DNA of 64,000 nucleotides from Sphagnum compactum (lineage: Eukaryota), in NCBI GenBank assembly GCA_965153455.1, contig OZ234493.1, forward strand, positions 14,932,213 through 14,996,212, in the 5' to 3' direction. This document shows, piece by piece, positions 24,689-38,427 of the stretch. Every line of letters starts with the position of its first letter. Positions within the stretch are counted from its first letter, which is position 1. The notes under the pieces are model-generated. The model was given only the letters and a program-made list of their open reading frames with translations. It was not told the DNA's origin and ran no database searches. The translations under genes and the position numbers were made by a program.

Positions 24689-26699
24689 ATCATGTCCAGG
24701 TACCCAATAATTGGCCGGAGAACCTGAAATCACAGTTGTCTAGAAACCAAAATCAGACAACACCAAATTCACTTGATTTTCTTCTAAATATTATAAATAT
24801 CCCATGTTAAGACTAAACCAGGCTCATCTTTGAGTCCATATCTAACAATTGCTTGAGTTTAATATGACCACTAAGAGGCCTCACTCAAGCTGCTTGAAGG
24901 CAGGGTATGAGTGTAGGTGCTGGTTTGCCCTAGCCTTTCCAAAGCCACACCACCACACAATGCAAATAAACTTCCATAAAATGCGTCAAGCATTATGACC
25001 ATCCATCATTCGTAATTTTGAATTGTAGGCAACCAATCACACACACACTTTACATGTGTACATTCGACATTCATCCATATCAATTGCTTGGCATGGAATA
25101 TGAAACACGGTTCAATAGGAATTCGACAACATGACTCTTCTTCTTCTTCTTGTTCTTCTTCTTCACATCCCTTTTGCAGTCAATAGGCTAATACTATCAA
25201 CACTACCATATAAAGTTTCCAGTCCACAAAAGAAAAAGGCCCCCATTTCTCAATCCTAAACCGTCCCACCAGGCTTCCCCCTCTTCACCCCCGGCCCCCC
25301 CAAAGAAACCTGACAAAAGACATAGTTGTTTTGTCATGTTCGTGTTGGTGCACCGGGGTATCAAAGCCATTTCAAAAAAGTCATGGAATCCTTTTTATCA
25401 TGGAAGTGTTCAAGTATGCAAAAAAGTGAAAGAAAGGTTCCATGAGGATTGTACCTTTAATCAAAAGGGCAAACAAAATGTGCATAGGATGTGTAACTTG
25501 AGGGAGAGAGAGAGTGTGTGTGGGAGGTGGGGAATTTGACACTAGGCTCTTCTCTACTTGTGCCTATCTCAATAATGGCATATGATAAAAGAAGTGTTTG
25601 CAACCCCAAACAAAAAATCAATTAAACAACTAAAAATCTCCCCTCAAGGACTAGGTAGTAGTTAGTCACCCTTGAGGTCAGCTGTAGGATACCACTTCCC
25701 TCTCAAATCAAGACTAGGTTAATGGCTTCTTGAATCCTAAGGTGAAAGGGTGGTGAATGCCATACATGGTTGAGATTGCTAGCTACTTCTTTGGCTACTT
25801 TTAGCTATTGATATGCCTGTTTTAAGAGCTTTTAAGAGGTCAACAAGAAGAATGAGGCTACCAGGTGTAATCCATCCGCCTCACAGCCAGTAAAAAGTGA
25901 ATGCCATGTGGGTCTTTCTCCTTTTGGGTGACTCAAAAGTGATCAATGAATTTTTGTGTATTTGGTATTCAACTTTTGTGAAATTTGGAAGAGAAATTTG
26001 GCCCAAACTGAAACCAGAAGTCTCCATATGTAGTAGATCTCCAGCATTAAAGGATAAAATCAGGGTAAGTGTATATACATATATAATAGAGTAATGAGTC
26101 AAGTAAGCAAAGCACAGCACCAGAACCCTGAGTTTGGTCGTACACAGGGTGACCACTGAGATGTTTTAAAAACCTTCAATTTTGGTGGTAAACTGAGTTT
26201 CATCTTGGCTTTCCTTTTTCCTCCTCAGCGCCTCGACCGCTGCTACATTATATTTTCACTGCTCCTACCTGTACAAATACTATGATTACCCTTGAACCTT
26301 GTGCATTAAATGCTGAGTTTCATGCTTAGATTTGATAAATTTCCTTGCTTTGCGGATACGACTGAAAGAGCGGATAGGGGGTGAAAGGCGGATACCACTA
26401 AAAGAGGGCCAGAGTGAACCGGCCCCCCTGATTGCACCAGTTGGCCGTTCTGTCCATAGGATCGGCGTCCTTTTCTCATCCTGCTCCTGACTCTCAGTTA
26501 ACCAACATAGTGCTATAGTCAACGTTTTTCAGTTGCTGAGCTTTGGCTTTTTTTTTCTTGGCCCTTTTTCTCAGCCATGACCTCTATACTGCCCTCCCAC
26601 CCAACTACCTTACAAACCTAGCTATCCTATTCATTTACATCTTGTCCCTACCTAACAACTACAACCAACCCCCTTACCTATTTACTCTTTATCTTTTCA

Positions 26700-28185
26700 A
26701 GGCTAAATCTCAATCTCTTGGCAAAATGTCTATTTCTTCTTGGTTAAACCTTTATTTATTGGCCAAAAAAAAAAATTCCTCCTTGGTTAAACTTTTATTT
26801 ATCAGCAAAACCTTTCTACTCCATAGCTCAACCTCTATTTCTTAGTAAAGCTTTCTATTCCTTGACAAAACTTTTTCACTCCTTAGCTAAACCTTTACTT
26901 CTCGACGAAATTTTTCTATTCCCTGGTTAAACCTTTACTTTTTAACAAAACCTTTCTACTCCTTAGCTAAACCTTTACTTTTCGACGAAATTTTTCTATT
27001 CCTTGGTTAAACCTTTATTTTTTAACAAAACCTTTCTACTCCTTAACTAAACCTTTACTTTTCAACAAATCCTTTCTATTCCCTAGTTAAACCTCTACTT
27101 ATAGGCAAACCTTTTTACTCCTTGGCTAGACCTTTACTTATTGGTAGAACTTTTTTATTCCTTGGCCAAACCATCTACTTCTTGGCAAAACTTTTGTAGT
27201 CCTTAGCAAAAATTTTACCTCTTAGCAAAACCTTTCTAATCTTTGGCTAAACCTTTACCTATCAACAAAACCTTTTTACTCCCTAGTTAAACCTCTAATT
27301 TTTGGCAAAAAAATTATATCTTTTGTATTAAACCTTTTTTTTATAATTAAACTTCTACCACTTGGTAAAACCTTTTTATATTCTTGGCTAAACCTCTACC
27401 CTTTAGAATTTTATTTTTTTTATAAACCTTTTAATGATTGGCAAAACCTATAGTTTTTCCTAGCTAAAATTTTGTCTTTCAATTAAACATTTTTGTTTTT
27501 TGGCTAAACCTTTACTTATTGGCATATATATATATATATATATATATATGGCTAAATTCTACCCTTTAGCAAAACATTTGTCTCTTCTAGCTAAACATTT
27601 ACCAATTGGCAAAACCTCTATATTTTCTCGGTTAAACCTTTCTTGTTTGGCAAAACCTCTATCTTTTCCTAGTTAAACTTCTACTTCTCGAAAAAACTTT
27701 GTTTTCTTGGCTAAATTTTTACCTATTGGCAAAACCTTTTTATTCACAAGAAACAATATACATATCTCCTTGGCTAACCATCTACTTTTAGCAAAACTTT
27801 TATCTATTTTTGGTTAAACCTCTACCTTTCAATAGAACCTTTTTGTTTCTTGGCTAAACATTTACCTTTTGGCAAAACATCTATATCTTCATGGTTGATT
27901 TTTCTATTACTTAACTAAATTTGTACATTTTAATAAAAAATTTATACTTCTTCATTAATTATCTTTATGTCTTAGCTAAACTTCTATGTTTTGGCAAAAC
28001 TTTTATATTTTCTAATTAAACCTATACCTCTTGGCAAAACATTTATCTTATCATGGTTAAACCTTTGCCTCTTATCAAAACCTTTACTTCTTCTTAACTC
28101 AACATTTGTTCTTGGCAAAACATATTTTTTGACAATGCCATTTTAATTTTTTAGCAAAACATCTACTTATTGGCAAAACCTATTT
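26700..28185 (+). repeat. Degenerate 20-bp tandem array with 40- and 80-bp higher-order periodicity
   Basis: Alternating ccttggttaaacctttactt and cttggcaaaacctttctatt units. 26881-26960 and 26961-27040 are nearly identical. An (AT)n run is embedded at ~27524-27548. Confidence 0.88.
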
Positions 28186-29112
28186 ACCCACACATCACCC
28201 TACCTACTTATGCACTTGCAAATTGTGAATTACAAAAATTATAATGTAAAACGTGGGTATTGCAAATGACCCACTAACATCTATTTAGTCCTATTCAAAC
28301 TTGTGATGAAGATAAGCCATTAACCCCAAATGTGCACCCAATTTAATTAAATAATAGGCTTGATAAATTCAGAATTAAAAAAACGTCAAACATTTATACA
28401 ATTTACACAATTTTTAATATTAATCAAAATAAATCCTAAGTTGGATTTTGGGGGGATCACATACAAATGTTTGCAACAAGATTCATTTTATCTCTTTTGA
28501 AGGTGTATAAAGGTCTCAATTTGGGCCCTCAAGTTGAAGTGACCACATTAAAGGTAAAAAAATGAGCTCTTATTTCATTCAATTAATTTTTTCTTTTCAT
28601 TGTGTTTCAATTTTAATTCATCATTCACTCCTAGAAAATTAATATGTATATATTTTTTATAACATTTACCATTAAAATTTTTTAGGTTTATATAAAAATG
28701 TTTTGGGGTAATTAGTTTTAAACTCTAAGGTAGCTTCCATTCATTAAAAAATTTGGTTGATTAACTTTAAAATTCAAAACATAGTTGTTATAAAGCTTTT
28801 TCATATTCCATTTGTATATGTTTGTATAATTATTAGGTTGAGAACATCTATAACCATTAATATTATTTAGAGTTTAAAAATTTAAAGGTTTAATGAAATG
28901 TGTGTTGATTTATTTAGGTTGTGTTTTCAATCAAGCTACAACTCCTTTGAATGTGACATCATCCTTTAACGTCAAAGGTATGATTTTTTACTTACTTTTT
29001 TTTTTTTTTTTTTGCCTAATTTAGGGAAATCAATATCTTTGGATGGGTTTTGACACAATCATCAAATTCCACTAAGGATGTTCCATTTTGATATATAGAT
29101 TTAAGATTTTGA

Positions 29113-29880
29113 CCTCCCATAGATAGTTTGGATTCAGGGTCATAATGTCAATATTGCATTTTGCCACTCACATATAGTGTGCATGTTTAAATTTTCATGC
29201 TAGTATTACATTTCCCTCTCCCTTATATAGTGTGGATTATGGTCATAATGTGGATATGGCATTTTGCCCCCACACATAGTGTGAATGTTTCAATTGTCAT
29301 GTAGGTATTGCATTTTCCTTTTCCATATATAATGTGGATTAGGGTCATAATGTGGGTATTGCATTTTGCCCCCACACATAGTGTGCATGTTTAAATTGTC
29401 ATGTAGGTATTGTATTTCACTCTCCCATATGTAATGTGGATTAAGGTCATAATGTGGGTATTGCATTTTGCCCCCACACATAGTGTGCATGTTTAAATTA
29501 TTATGCATGTATTGCATTTTCCTTCTCCATATATAATGTGGATTAGGGTCATAATGTGGGTATTACATGTTGCCCCCACATATAATGTGCATGTTTAAAT
29601 TGTCATGTAGGCATTGCATTTCCCTTTCCCATATATAGTGTGGATTAAGGTTATGATGTGGGTATTGCATTTTGCCCCCACATATAATGCGCATATTAAA
29701 ATTTTCATGCATGCATTGCATTTCCTAAACCCATATATAGTGTGGATTAAGGTTATAATGTGGGTATTGCATTTTTCCCCCACATATAGTGTGCATATTT
29801 AAATTTTCATGCATGCATTGCATTTCCCTCTCCCATATATAGTGTAGTTTATTGACCATAATGTGAGTATTACATTTTGA
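29113..29880 (+). repeat. 102-bp tandem array (~7.5 copies) built from two related ~51-bp subunits
   Basis: tggatt..ggt(c/t)at(a/g)atgtgg recurs at 29233, 29335, 29437, 29539, 29641 and 29743. Confidence 0.92.
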
Positions 29881-31029
29881 ATCTACATAGATAATATGGA
29901 TTTAAAATAGACTTGTGGGTAAAGTAATTTCAAATTTACAATTATGGCCATAGACCATATCCTATATTTTCCATACTTAGCATTTAGTCTATATTGTGTG
30001 TATGACTATATAAGGTTTAGATGACAGATATACATCAAATACTTGGAACATGTGATTGAAGGTATTGCAAATATAAAGTCTTGGACATTGACATCAATTT
30101 ACAATCTTTTCTTATATAATCAACTCAAGGTGTACTTTCAAACATGTGTTGCATTTCAAAATCTCGAATCGCGATGTTCATCATGGTCCTTTTGATTTTA
30201 TAAAGTCTTGTTTTTCATCATCTTGGTGATGTTCATCATGTTCATGGTTTTCGTGATGTTCATCATATTTTTTTAATCTTGATCTTCATAGTTTATAATA
30301 TTTGTTCACTAAGTAGTTTAAGTAATGGTGTCACTACTAAGAAATGTGGATAAGTTCACTTTATGTTTCACTACATTTTGGATGAATTAAAACAGATTAA
30401 TTGTTGTCAAAATGGCTTACCCTCTAGGAAATAGGGACTAATTGTTATAAATTGGTGAATTAGTTCACTAACAACCCATAAAACACGGGTACCTTCAAGT
30501 AAAACACAAATGCAACAAAACATTACACCTAGTAATTAAATTAGTCTAGATCATTAATCAATTTGAAAAGTTTCATTACAATAAATCATGGTTTATTTGA
30601 TTAGAAAACTAAACAAAAAATCAGTTATTTTGACTAGTCAAAATGGACAAAAACTTGGGCAACCAGAAAAAATAAAATAAAAAAATAGCTCAATTTTTAA
30701 ATAAAAATATAATAAACAAATAAATAATAAATACATGCCCATCCACCATGGCCTCCTACCTACTTATTCACAACCCACCGAAATATTATACATTTACACA
30801 CATGTACAAGGTATATATATGAATATACATACTCCACACAATATATGTTGGTAAAGGGGATTAAACTTTGGTCTCTTTGGTTCCACACCAATGTCTCAAC
30901 TATTAAACCATCACATCACTTTGTAAAACAATATGATACCAAATGCATTTAACATGTTTCTTTAAATTTCATTGAATGTTTTTGTCAATGTGTATAACAA
31001 CATTCGAATTTCAATTTTTTCATAAATGC

Positions 31030-31365
31030 ATAAGTAGGTACTTAACAAGGTAGATAGGTAGGTAGGTACACATGCCTACCTACCTATGTTTTTAGATGTA
31101 CATACCTACTTATGTAAAATATAAATAGGTATGTAGGTAAATAAATAGGTAACTAAGTAAATAGATAGGTCAATGTTAGATACGTAGATATTAGGTCGAT
31201 AGATCGGTAGGTAGATACATAGGTAGGTGGATAAATAGGTAATTTTGGTAAATAGTAAGTAGATATTAGGTAGGTAGGACATAAGTAGGTAGATGGTAGG
31301 TAGGTAGATTGATTGATAGATTAGTAGGTAAATAGAAGGATGTAGGTAAAACATAGGTAGGTAAA
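31030..31365 (+). repeat. Degenerate (TAGG/TAGA)n low-complexity tract
   Basis: Dense taggtaggtagat motifs. Confidence 0.8.
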
Positions 31366-33282
31366 TGATAGGGGGTGAATGTAACCTATAGTGGTTCACT
31401 TTTGGTGACACAATGATAATTTATAAAAGGTGCTTTAAATGTTTATGGTGAATAATTTAATTTTACATACATTAAATGATGATTCATTTTAGACTAACAA
31501 CTTGATTATGAAAACATTTGCACAATGTATTTTTAAAAATGCATTCATTATTAATAGTAGACTTTTGAAATTTAAAAAATGGACTGGTCAATTGGTTGGA
31601 TTGTTAAAAAATTCAACAATTTGTATTGAATTTTACTTCAAATTATTTATAAGGACTAAAAATAGGTTGAAAAATGAAATGATAAAGTTAATTATGAAAT
31701 CCTTTTTTGTGAAACCTTAACCAAATGGTACTTATGAACTTTTGAAAGGTCAAAATTGAACCTTATTTTCAAAAGTTTTTTTGAAATGATCTAACAAACT
31801 TTCACATAAGATCAACCGTGATGAACACCATCATTTGAAAAATAAGTTTTACAAATCACAATAAACAAGATTAAAAGATCACAAAGAAAAAGAAAAAAGG
31901 AGCATGATAGACATCAAAATGATTCACTTGGAGAGATTTCATAGAAAGGCAAGACGACCAAAATGAGCACTACTATGTAGAAAGCAAGCTTTATAGACCA
32001 TAAAAAACAAGATAAAAATATCAAGAATCTAATAAGACCAAGAGAACAACAATTTCACATCACCAAGACCACAAAGAACGAGTCTACTTGGGGAATAGGA
32101 TTTACAAACCACAAAGAACAATACCAAGAAGACCATAGTGATAATAACAAATATCATGAAAAATAGGACTTGGAGGTGCATAATGTGAACCCGCAAAAAC
32201 CATGAAAGGCAAGACCAATAGACTAGAAGGAACACAAAGAGCACCACGAAAACTAACTTTAGAAAAATAAAAAACCATGGTGAGTAGCACGATGAGCTAG
32301 ATAACAAAAATAGATGACCAAGAAGAGTGGTAGTGGTGACAAGTGAGCTTGAGAGCTCATCACAAGTAGAGACTAGAAGGAGAGCCTACAAGCTTGCCTT
32401 TGCTCCCAAGTGACATTGTTCGTGTCAATCAAAGTAGGGTAATAGTTGAATTTCTAGCTCAAGATTGACCAAAGTAGGTTTTAGGACCATAGTGCACCTA
32501 TGACCAATCACTCTTCATCATTTTCACCTCTTGCCCAAAAATGTCAAAAATGAGTGTTTAAATGAGTGTTTTCTTTGTTTTGGAGTGTAGCTTGCAAGAA
32601 CCACACCTTTTCATGCTTCCTATCCACAACCCCACCCCCCATCTCCCCCCCCTCCCCCTCCTTTCACGTGTGCAGAATTGCATCGTGACTCTTCAGAGCA
32701 ATCCCATCAGACACAACGTCCAATGTTAAATACATCAAGATTTGATCCCCCAGGAACTCTCTGGGGATCTATTTAGCATCGAGGGCACATGGGCAGATAC
32801 GGTACTCCAAAGGCCTTCTTTTGCCCAGAGCACAACATGTCCCCACACATTTCTGAGTGTTGGAAACAATTGGAAGAGGCCAAGTGGTCGATTACCTAAC
32901 ACTACAAAAAAAATGATAATTTATCATTAAATAACACAAAATTCTCAACCTCATCAACAGAGAGGTCCAATAAGTAAAAGTGCAGTGTCAGAAGAAGCCA
33001 ATCCCCCACCTGCCCAAACAGGGGCCCACATAGTATGGGCAGGTGATTTGGTTTATGGGCAACCTCAAAAAAGAAAAATTTCTGTTATCTGAGTTTACCT
33101 TAGGAAGGAGAGTCTAGTTTTTACCTATGTGGGTTTAGGAAAGAAAGAGGGTCTCGGTCCGGAACTAGGATGTTACATTTACCTCTTTTTTACTATAACA
33201 GAGTTTACCTTACCAAGTTGAGTTTAGTTACTACCCATGGTGTAGGGTTTAGGAAAGAGGGTCTCTGTAGTCCGGAACTAGG

Positions 33283-34014
33283 GGCATTGGCTGAACCCGC
33301 ACCTACAGTGGTACCACGGTCAAAACCAGTGTTGGCAGGTTATTCCTTTGTTTTCAATGACCAGCTAGGTAGGTTTTTTTTTTCTCTTTTTTAATTTTAA
33401 AAATTTAAAATTTTAATTAAAATTTTAATTTTAAAAATAATTTTTAAATTGAAAAAAATTATACCCGATGATTATCAATTTCACTGTCAAAGTAATACCC
33501 CAGTTCTTAATTTACATGGTTATTAAAAAAAGAACCATGGGTTATGCATAAGGGTTGATTCTCAAATGCCCACTTTGAAAACCATTACTTATTCTGCCTA
33601 AGCTGTGGGTAGGTTATTGGGTAGGTTATAAGTTTTTCCTTAAGATTTCTTTTTTGGGCCTGTTTTTTTGTTTTTATGTCATAATTTTTTTGGGATTTTA
33701 AGTTAAGATTGATAACTTCTGTAGATGAAATTCCAATCATCCAGGTAAGTCATTCAATTTTGAAATTGCAATAATCAGTGAGTAGGTTATCAACCTGGTT
33801 ATCAAAAAAATCAACAATCAATTAGTAGGTTATCAATGACAGACTGTTTCTTAATATCCGGTCAACCTTTGAGTGAATCCCAATTTATTCTAGGTTGCTT
33901 CTAACCATGGTTAATCTCTCGTCCTCAAAATGAAATCAGGGTCTAAATCCAAATTTAACATTTTCAGGGTAAAATATCAAGCGGTGAAGGTACCAGTGTA
34001 GGTTCACCCTGGCC
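33283..34014. mobile_element. Mutator-like MITE upstream of SnRK2
   Basis: The reverse complement of the right end, ggccagggtgaacctacactggtacc, compares with the left end ggcattggctgaacc(cgca)cctacagtggtacc. The 9-bp flanks ggaactagg / gggactggg match at 7/9. The terminus is of the same type as 20635-20995. An internal CAGTGTTGG end at ~33327 suggests a nested second element. Confidence 0.5.
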
Positions 34015-34301
34015 GGGACTGGGGTGGAGTTAGGACGGGCCTCCAGGATCAGGTTCGGCGGCGTAAGAAAGTAATCAAATGGTGAGCGTGGAAGTCTATT
34101 GTTGGTCACGAACCGAAATTTCCAGGTACGGGCTATGCTAGTTGAGGTTACGAAGCTATGATATCTCCGAACCTGAGGTCCGGGAAGAGGCGCGGGACGC
34201 GTGGCCCTCGATTCAGGTCCGGACCCGGTACCGTGCCGGGAAGTGATGCGCTGGCTGTTTGTGTGCAGGAGCAGCAGCGTGCGACGACGCTTTCGTCTCT
34301 C

Positions 34302-34303
<2 letters not shown>

Positions 34304-34335
<32 letters not shown>
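34304..34335 (+). repeat. (GA)n microsatellite in the presumed SnRK2 5' leader
   Basis: Direct reading. Other (GA/CT)n tracts occur at ~43937-43960 (PIG-Y intron) and ~52544-52570. Confidence 0.9.
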
Positions 34336-34338
<3 letters not shown>

Positions 34339-34669
34339 CGTGGCTGATTTCTCTCTTTGTGTTTGCGGCAACAAGTTGCATGCTTCAGTTTTTGAAAGAG
34401 GAGTCGAGAGATTCGGAGGTGCGAGATTCAGCAATTTTTGGAGTCTTTTGGTTTGTATTTTGGTACATTTTTCGCTGCTATTGATCCCAGTTGGTGTTCT
34501 ATTGTTTGCGGGTGTGTGTGTGCGTGTGACGACGACCTTTGCCGTTTGTGTGTGTAGGCGTGTCTGTGTGCGTGCGTACGTGCGTATTTTCTTTGAGTGT
34601 CAGATTTGTTTCTCGGTTGTTCTAATTGTAGAGGGGAAGCGAGGGAAGAAGTAGGAGATAACGGGGGAT

Positions 34670-37332
34670 ATGGACTTTGCGAGTATACAAGATGTGGACC
34701 GCTATGAGCTGGTGAAAGATATAGGATCGGGCAATTTTGGCGTGGCAAGACTGATGCGCGACAAGAAGACGCGGGAGCTTGTGGCCGTCAAGTACATCGA
34801 GCGTGGGGAGAAGGTGAGTGCTGCAATGAACGTCTTTAGGAACTCTTCTGTCTCCTGTTTTTGCGGTCCTCCTTCCGTTTTTAGCCTTCTCTCCTGGTCG
34901 GTTTTCGTGCGGGTGGAGTATCAAGCTTTTCAAGGACGGTGAAATTGTGACTGCGCAAGTATTTTTCTTTTTTGCTCTTGCTTTCATGGTTTAGGACGTG
35001 TTAGGAAGGCTTTTGCGGGTTCCAAGAGCAGCATTCATTATTGTGGTGGCTTTCTGACGCTAGTAGTCTTTGCGTTTTCTTGCATCAGATAGATGAAAAT
35101 GTTCAAAGAGAGATCATCAATCACAGGTCGCTGCGGCATCCAAACATCGTTCGTTTCAAGGAGGTAATGTATCCTCACGAGCCCCAAAGACATCTTCGCA
35201 TTTCTGTGCAGCAGAGAAGATTTTGGGACAGAGACTCGCTTGCAGTACGTCTGGACACGAAAGGCTCTGTATCTTTCACTGGCCGCCTAAGTTTTTTCTT
35301 GATGCCCGTGCAGGTTATGCTTACCCCGACTCACCTGGCTATCGTTATGGAGTACGCTGCTGGAGGGGAGCTCTTTGAGCGCATTTGCAATGCTGGCCGC
35401 TTCAGTGAAGATGAGGTCAGTGTCCTCTCTTCTGTCAACTTGTTTGCTTGGAGAGTGTGCTTCGTGATTTCACAGGTGCCGGTTCTGCCCAGTCCCACAA
35501 GAAAATACCAGGCATTCCTCTGTTTTGGAAAATCTCTGATCCTCCTGTCTTGCAGGCCAGGTTCTTTTTCCAACAGCTGATATCTGGAGTCAGCTACTGT
35601 CACGCGATGGTATTCTCAAACTTGCTCTCTATGTGGCTGTCTTTTTTTCTTTCAATTCTTGTTGTGAAAAAAGAGAATCAGAACTGTACACCAACAGCTC
35701 TGTTGCCATTTGCAGAGGATAGTCACATTACAAGTATGTTCAAGAGGGAGGTTTTCTTCTCCTCAAAAAAAATTGCACTGTTTTGCTTTGTTTTGTGACA
35801 GCAAATTTGCCATCGTGATTTGAAGCTGGAAAACACTCTCCTTGATGGGAGCCCTGCACCTCGACTCAAGATCTGTGACTTTGGCTACTCAAAGGTTTTT
35901 ACCATTGTGACACTGCCACTTTGTTGAAGACCTGTATTGTTTTTCTTCAATTCTGTTATGTAGTGTAGGCCTTTCTGTTTGCATTGTGGGCAGGATTATG
36001 AAGGAGGAACTGGATGTATGGATGTTGCTTTTGTTAAGTTTGTGGTGTATTTCTGGTTGCAGTCATCACTGTTGCATTCCCAGCCAAAATCTACAGTAGG
36101 GACTCCTGCATATATTGCCCCGGAAGTCTTGTCCAAGAAGGAATATGATGGCAAGGTAAGCCAAGAAACTGTTGTATTGTCAGCAACCTTCTATGAACCT
36201 GATTGAAGTGTGTTTTCACTTGCTCAGTTTTCTTCCCTTTGCTTACTTGTAATGTGCAATTCCTGTGATCTGGAAATGTTGTGGAGTGTGCTTCTATGTC
36301 TTGTGGATCTCCACATTATTCAACTGTCTGAACTAATGAGCACCAGGACTAATCCACTGCATTGGTTTAACAAAATAAATGACCCCTTGTTCTGGGTCAT
36401 TGTTGTAATCTCGTGCTAGATTCTGCATGGTAACGGAATTGGGGGATGTGCTGCAGGTTGCTGATGTGTGGTCATGTGGTGTGACTCTTTATGTCATGCT
36501 GGTTGGTGCTTATCCCTTTGAGGATCCTGAAGACCCAAGAAATTTTCGGAAGACCATTGGGGTGAGTCTCATATTGCAGCTACATGAATCAGTCCTTTTG
36601 CACATTTTGTGTAGACAGGTTTGTATGGATACTCTGGAGGTTATAAATCACTTTTCATCTGCTTATATTTGTGGTTGTTCATGCAGCGCATTCTGAGTGT
36701 GCAATACTCCATTCCTGATTACGTGCATATTTCTGCTGAATGTCGTCACCTTCTCTCACGGATATTTGTGGCCAATCCTTCCAAGGTAATTGATACTTGT
36801 TGTGGGATGTTGTTAACCAGTGTATTTCCAAGAAGTTAGGTTTTGCATTATCTCAGCAGCATGTTCAAAGACATAAATAGTGAAAGTTGACTCCTCAGCC
36901 TTTGCAGTGAAAATTATTTGTTTAGGAATCTGGCACCATTCCTTTGATGGCTCTGAAAATTTTGAATTAGCATGACTATCAGAGGCATAGTGTGGAAACA
37001 AAATTCAGCAATTGATGGAATCTTAATAGACTTGGCTTTGGGTGGGACAGCGAATCACCATACAGGAGATCAAGAATGATGCATGGTTCCTACGCAACTT
37101 ACCAGCAGACCTGGTTGATCGTGCTGATCGGAGTTATGATTTTGAGGACCCAAATCATCCCCCACAGAGCATAGAAGAGATTATGCGGATAATTGGGGAA
37201 GCAAGGGTGGCCGGTGCTGGTGGGTTAGGGCACTACTTTGGTGACCCAATCCTAGATGGTGATGATATGGATTTGGAAGGTGATGGAGATCCTGATGTCG
37301 ACAGCAGTGGGGAATTTGTGTGTGCCATATAA
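34670..37332 (+). CDS. SnRK2: SNF1-related protein kinase 2, subclass III (OST1/SRK2E-like), 348 aa; join(34670-34813,35089-35163,35314-35415,35556-35609,35802-35894,36063-36155,36457-36561,36687-36785,37051-37332)
   Basis: Motifs [75 protein letters not shown], SnRK2 box [10 protein letters not shown] and the acidic tail [14 protein letters not shown]. Internal exon sizes 75/102/54/93/93/105/99 are canonical for SnRK2, and all introns are GT-AG. Confidence 0.97.
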
Positions 37333-38427
37333 ACATCATCAATCGCAGTGCCAGCAATTTTTTTGGCAAGGCCCTGATGGTGTGTTGGTGCATTTTTTTG
37401 CTGTGTTGTGGAAGGAAGTGCATCTTGGTGTATTGCACTGGGTGATCCACATCTGCAGATTGTTACATGTGAGATAGTTATATTGCACAAATATCACCAG
37501 CTTGCGAGGGCCTTCCATTTAATGTATGAGGGGAAAAGAGGGGAATGGGAGAGCTGAAGAGTTGTTGTGTAGGCCGCATCAGCATCATGTAAAACCTCTA
37601 TGTAAGGATGTGTACCACAACTTCTGGATGGTTTCTTCTTATGTGTTGCAGTCCATATTTACAGGCATATTATGCAGGTAGGTTTTGAACAATTTCTTTA
37701 TAGTAATTTCAAGTTTTTATTTTTTATTGAAGTCATGGAACACGATAGCTGTATTCTGTAAATGTGATAGCTGGAACACAATAGCTGTATTACTGGCAGT
37801 GCATGTACTAGTATTAGAACTATGGGGGGCCTTCTGTCAGGGAGAACGAGTTTTACTCTTCTGGATTTTGCATACACAGGCAGCTAGCTGTGTATGATTT
37901 TCAAGCAAATTGGAGGGAGCAAGTTGTTGCTAAAACACACAAGCGCGAGAACTGTTTCCAATGGTACAATGCTTCAGTTCTGGAGACCAAACCTCATGTA
38001 CTCATCCTGCTTATCAATAAGACAGCTGAAAATTTGATTTTTCAGAGAGAATTTAGGACACATGGTTTTGTGTTTGTGGTTTTGTGTGAAATGATCTTGG
38101 TGATGGGAGAATGGATAGTCTTGGCCCTGATGGAAAGGATATAGACCTTTGCCATGCCACAGGTTTACTCATGCACATGCCAAGAAGGTGTTGAAGGGGG
38201 GCAGCATGTGGATGCTGATTCTTCACACCACATGTTGATTCCTATTCTTCACCACAGAGCTGCACTACAGGTGATAGATATGTAACCAAATCTGAGAGTG
38301 AACTTCTCCCAGGAAAACATGACATGCACTAGTAGAGCCTTCCCTTATCTGCTCTCTTGCATCTGCAAAGATCTTGTGATTGTTCTTCTATGTTAATTGT
38401 TGAGAATCCTGCAATAATGTACTCAGT

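Noticed and set aside
25881..26522. Minus-strand ORFs with some splice-like sites
   Set aside because: No consistent spliced frame or recognisable domain, and part overlaps a MITE terminus. A non-coding transcript cannot be excluded.
29290..29802. ORFs encoding repeated 34-aa peptides
   Set aside because: A by-product of the 102-bp (multiple of 3) tandem unit, open on both strands and interrupted by stops.
31106..31411. Tyr/Leu/Pro-rich 101-aa ORF
   Set aside because: Translation of the (CCTA/TCTA)n low-complexity tract.
34148..34654. ORFs across the SnRK2 leader, including ATG 34158
   Set aside because: They run through (GA)n and (GT)n tracts with no domain signal. 34158 probably lies upstream of the TSS, so no uORF is claimed.
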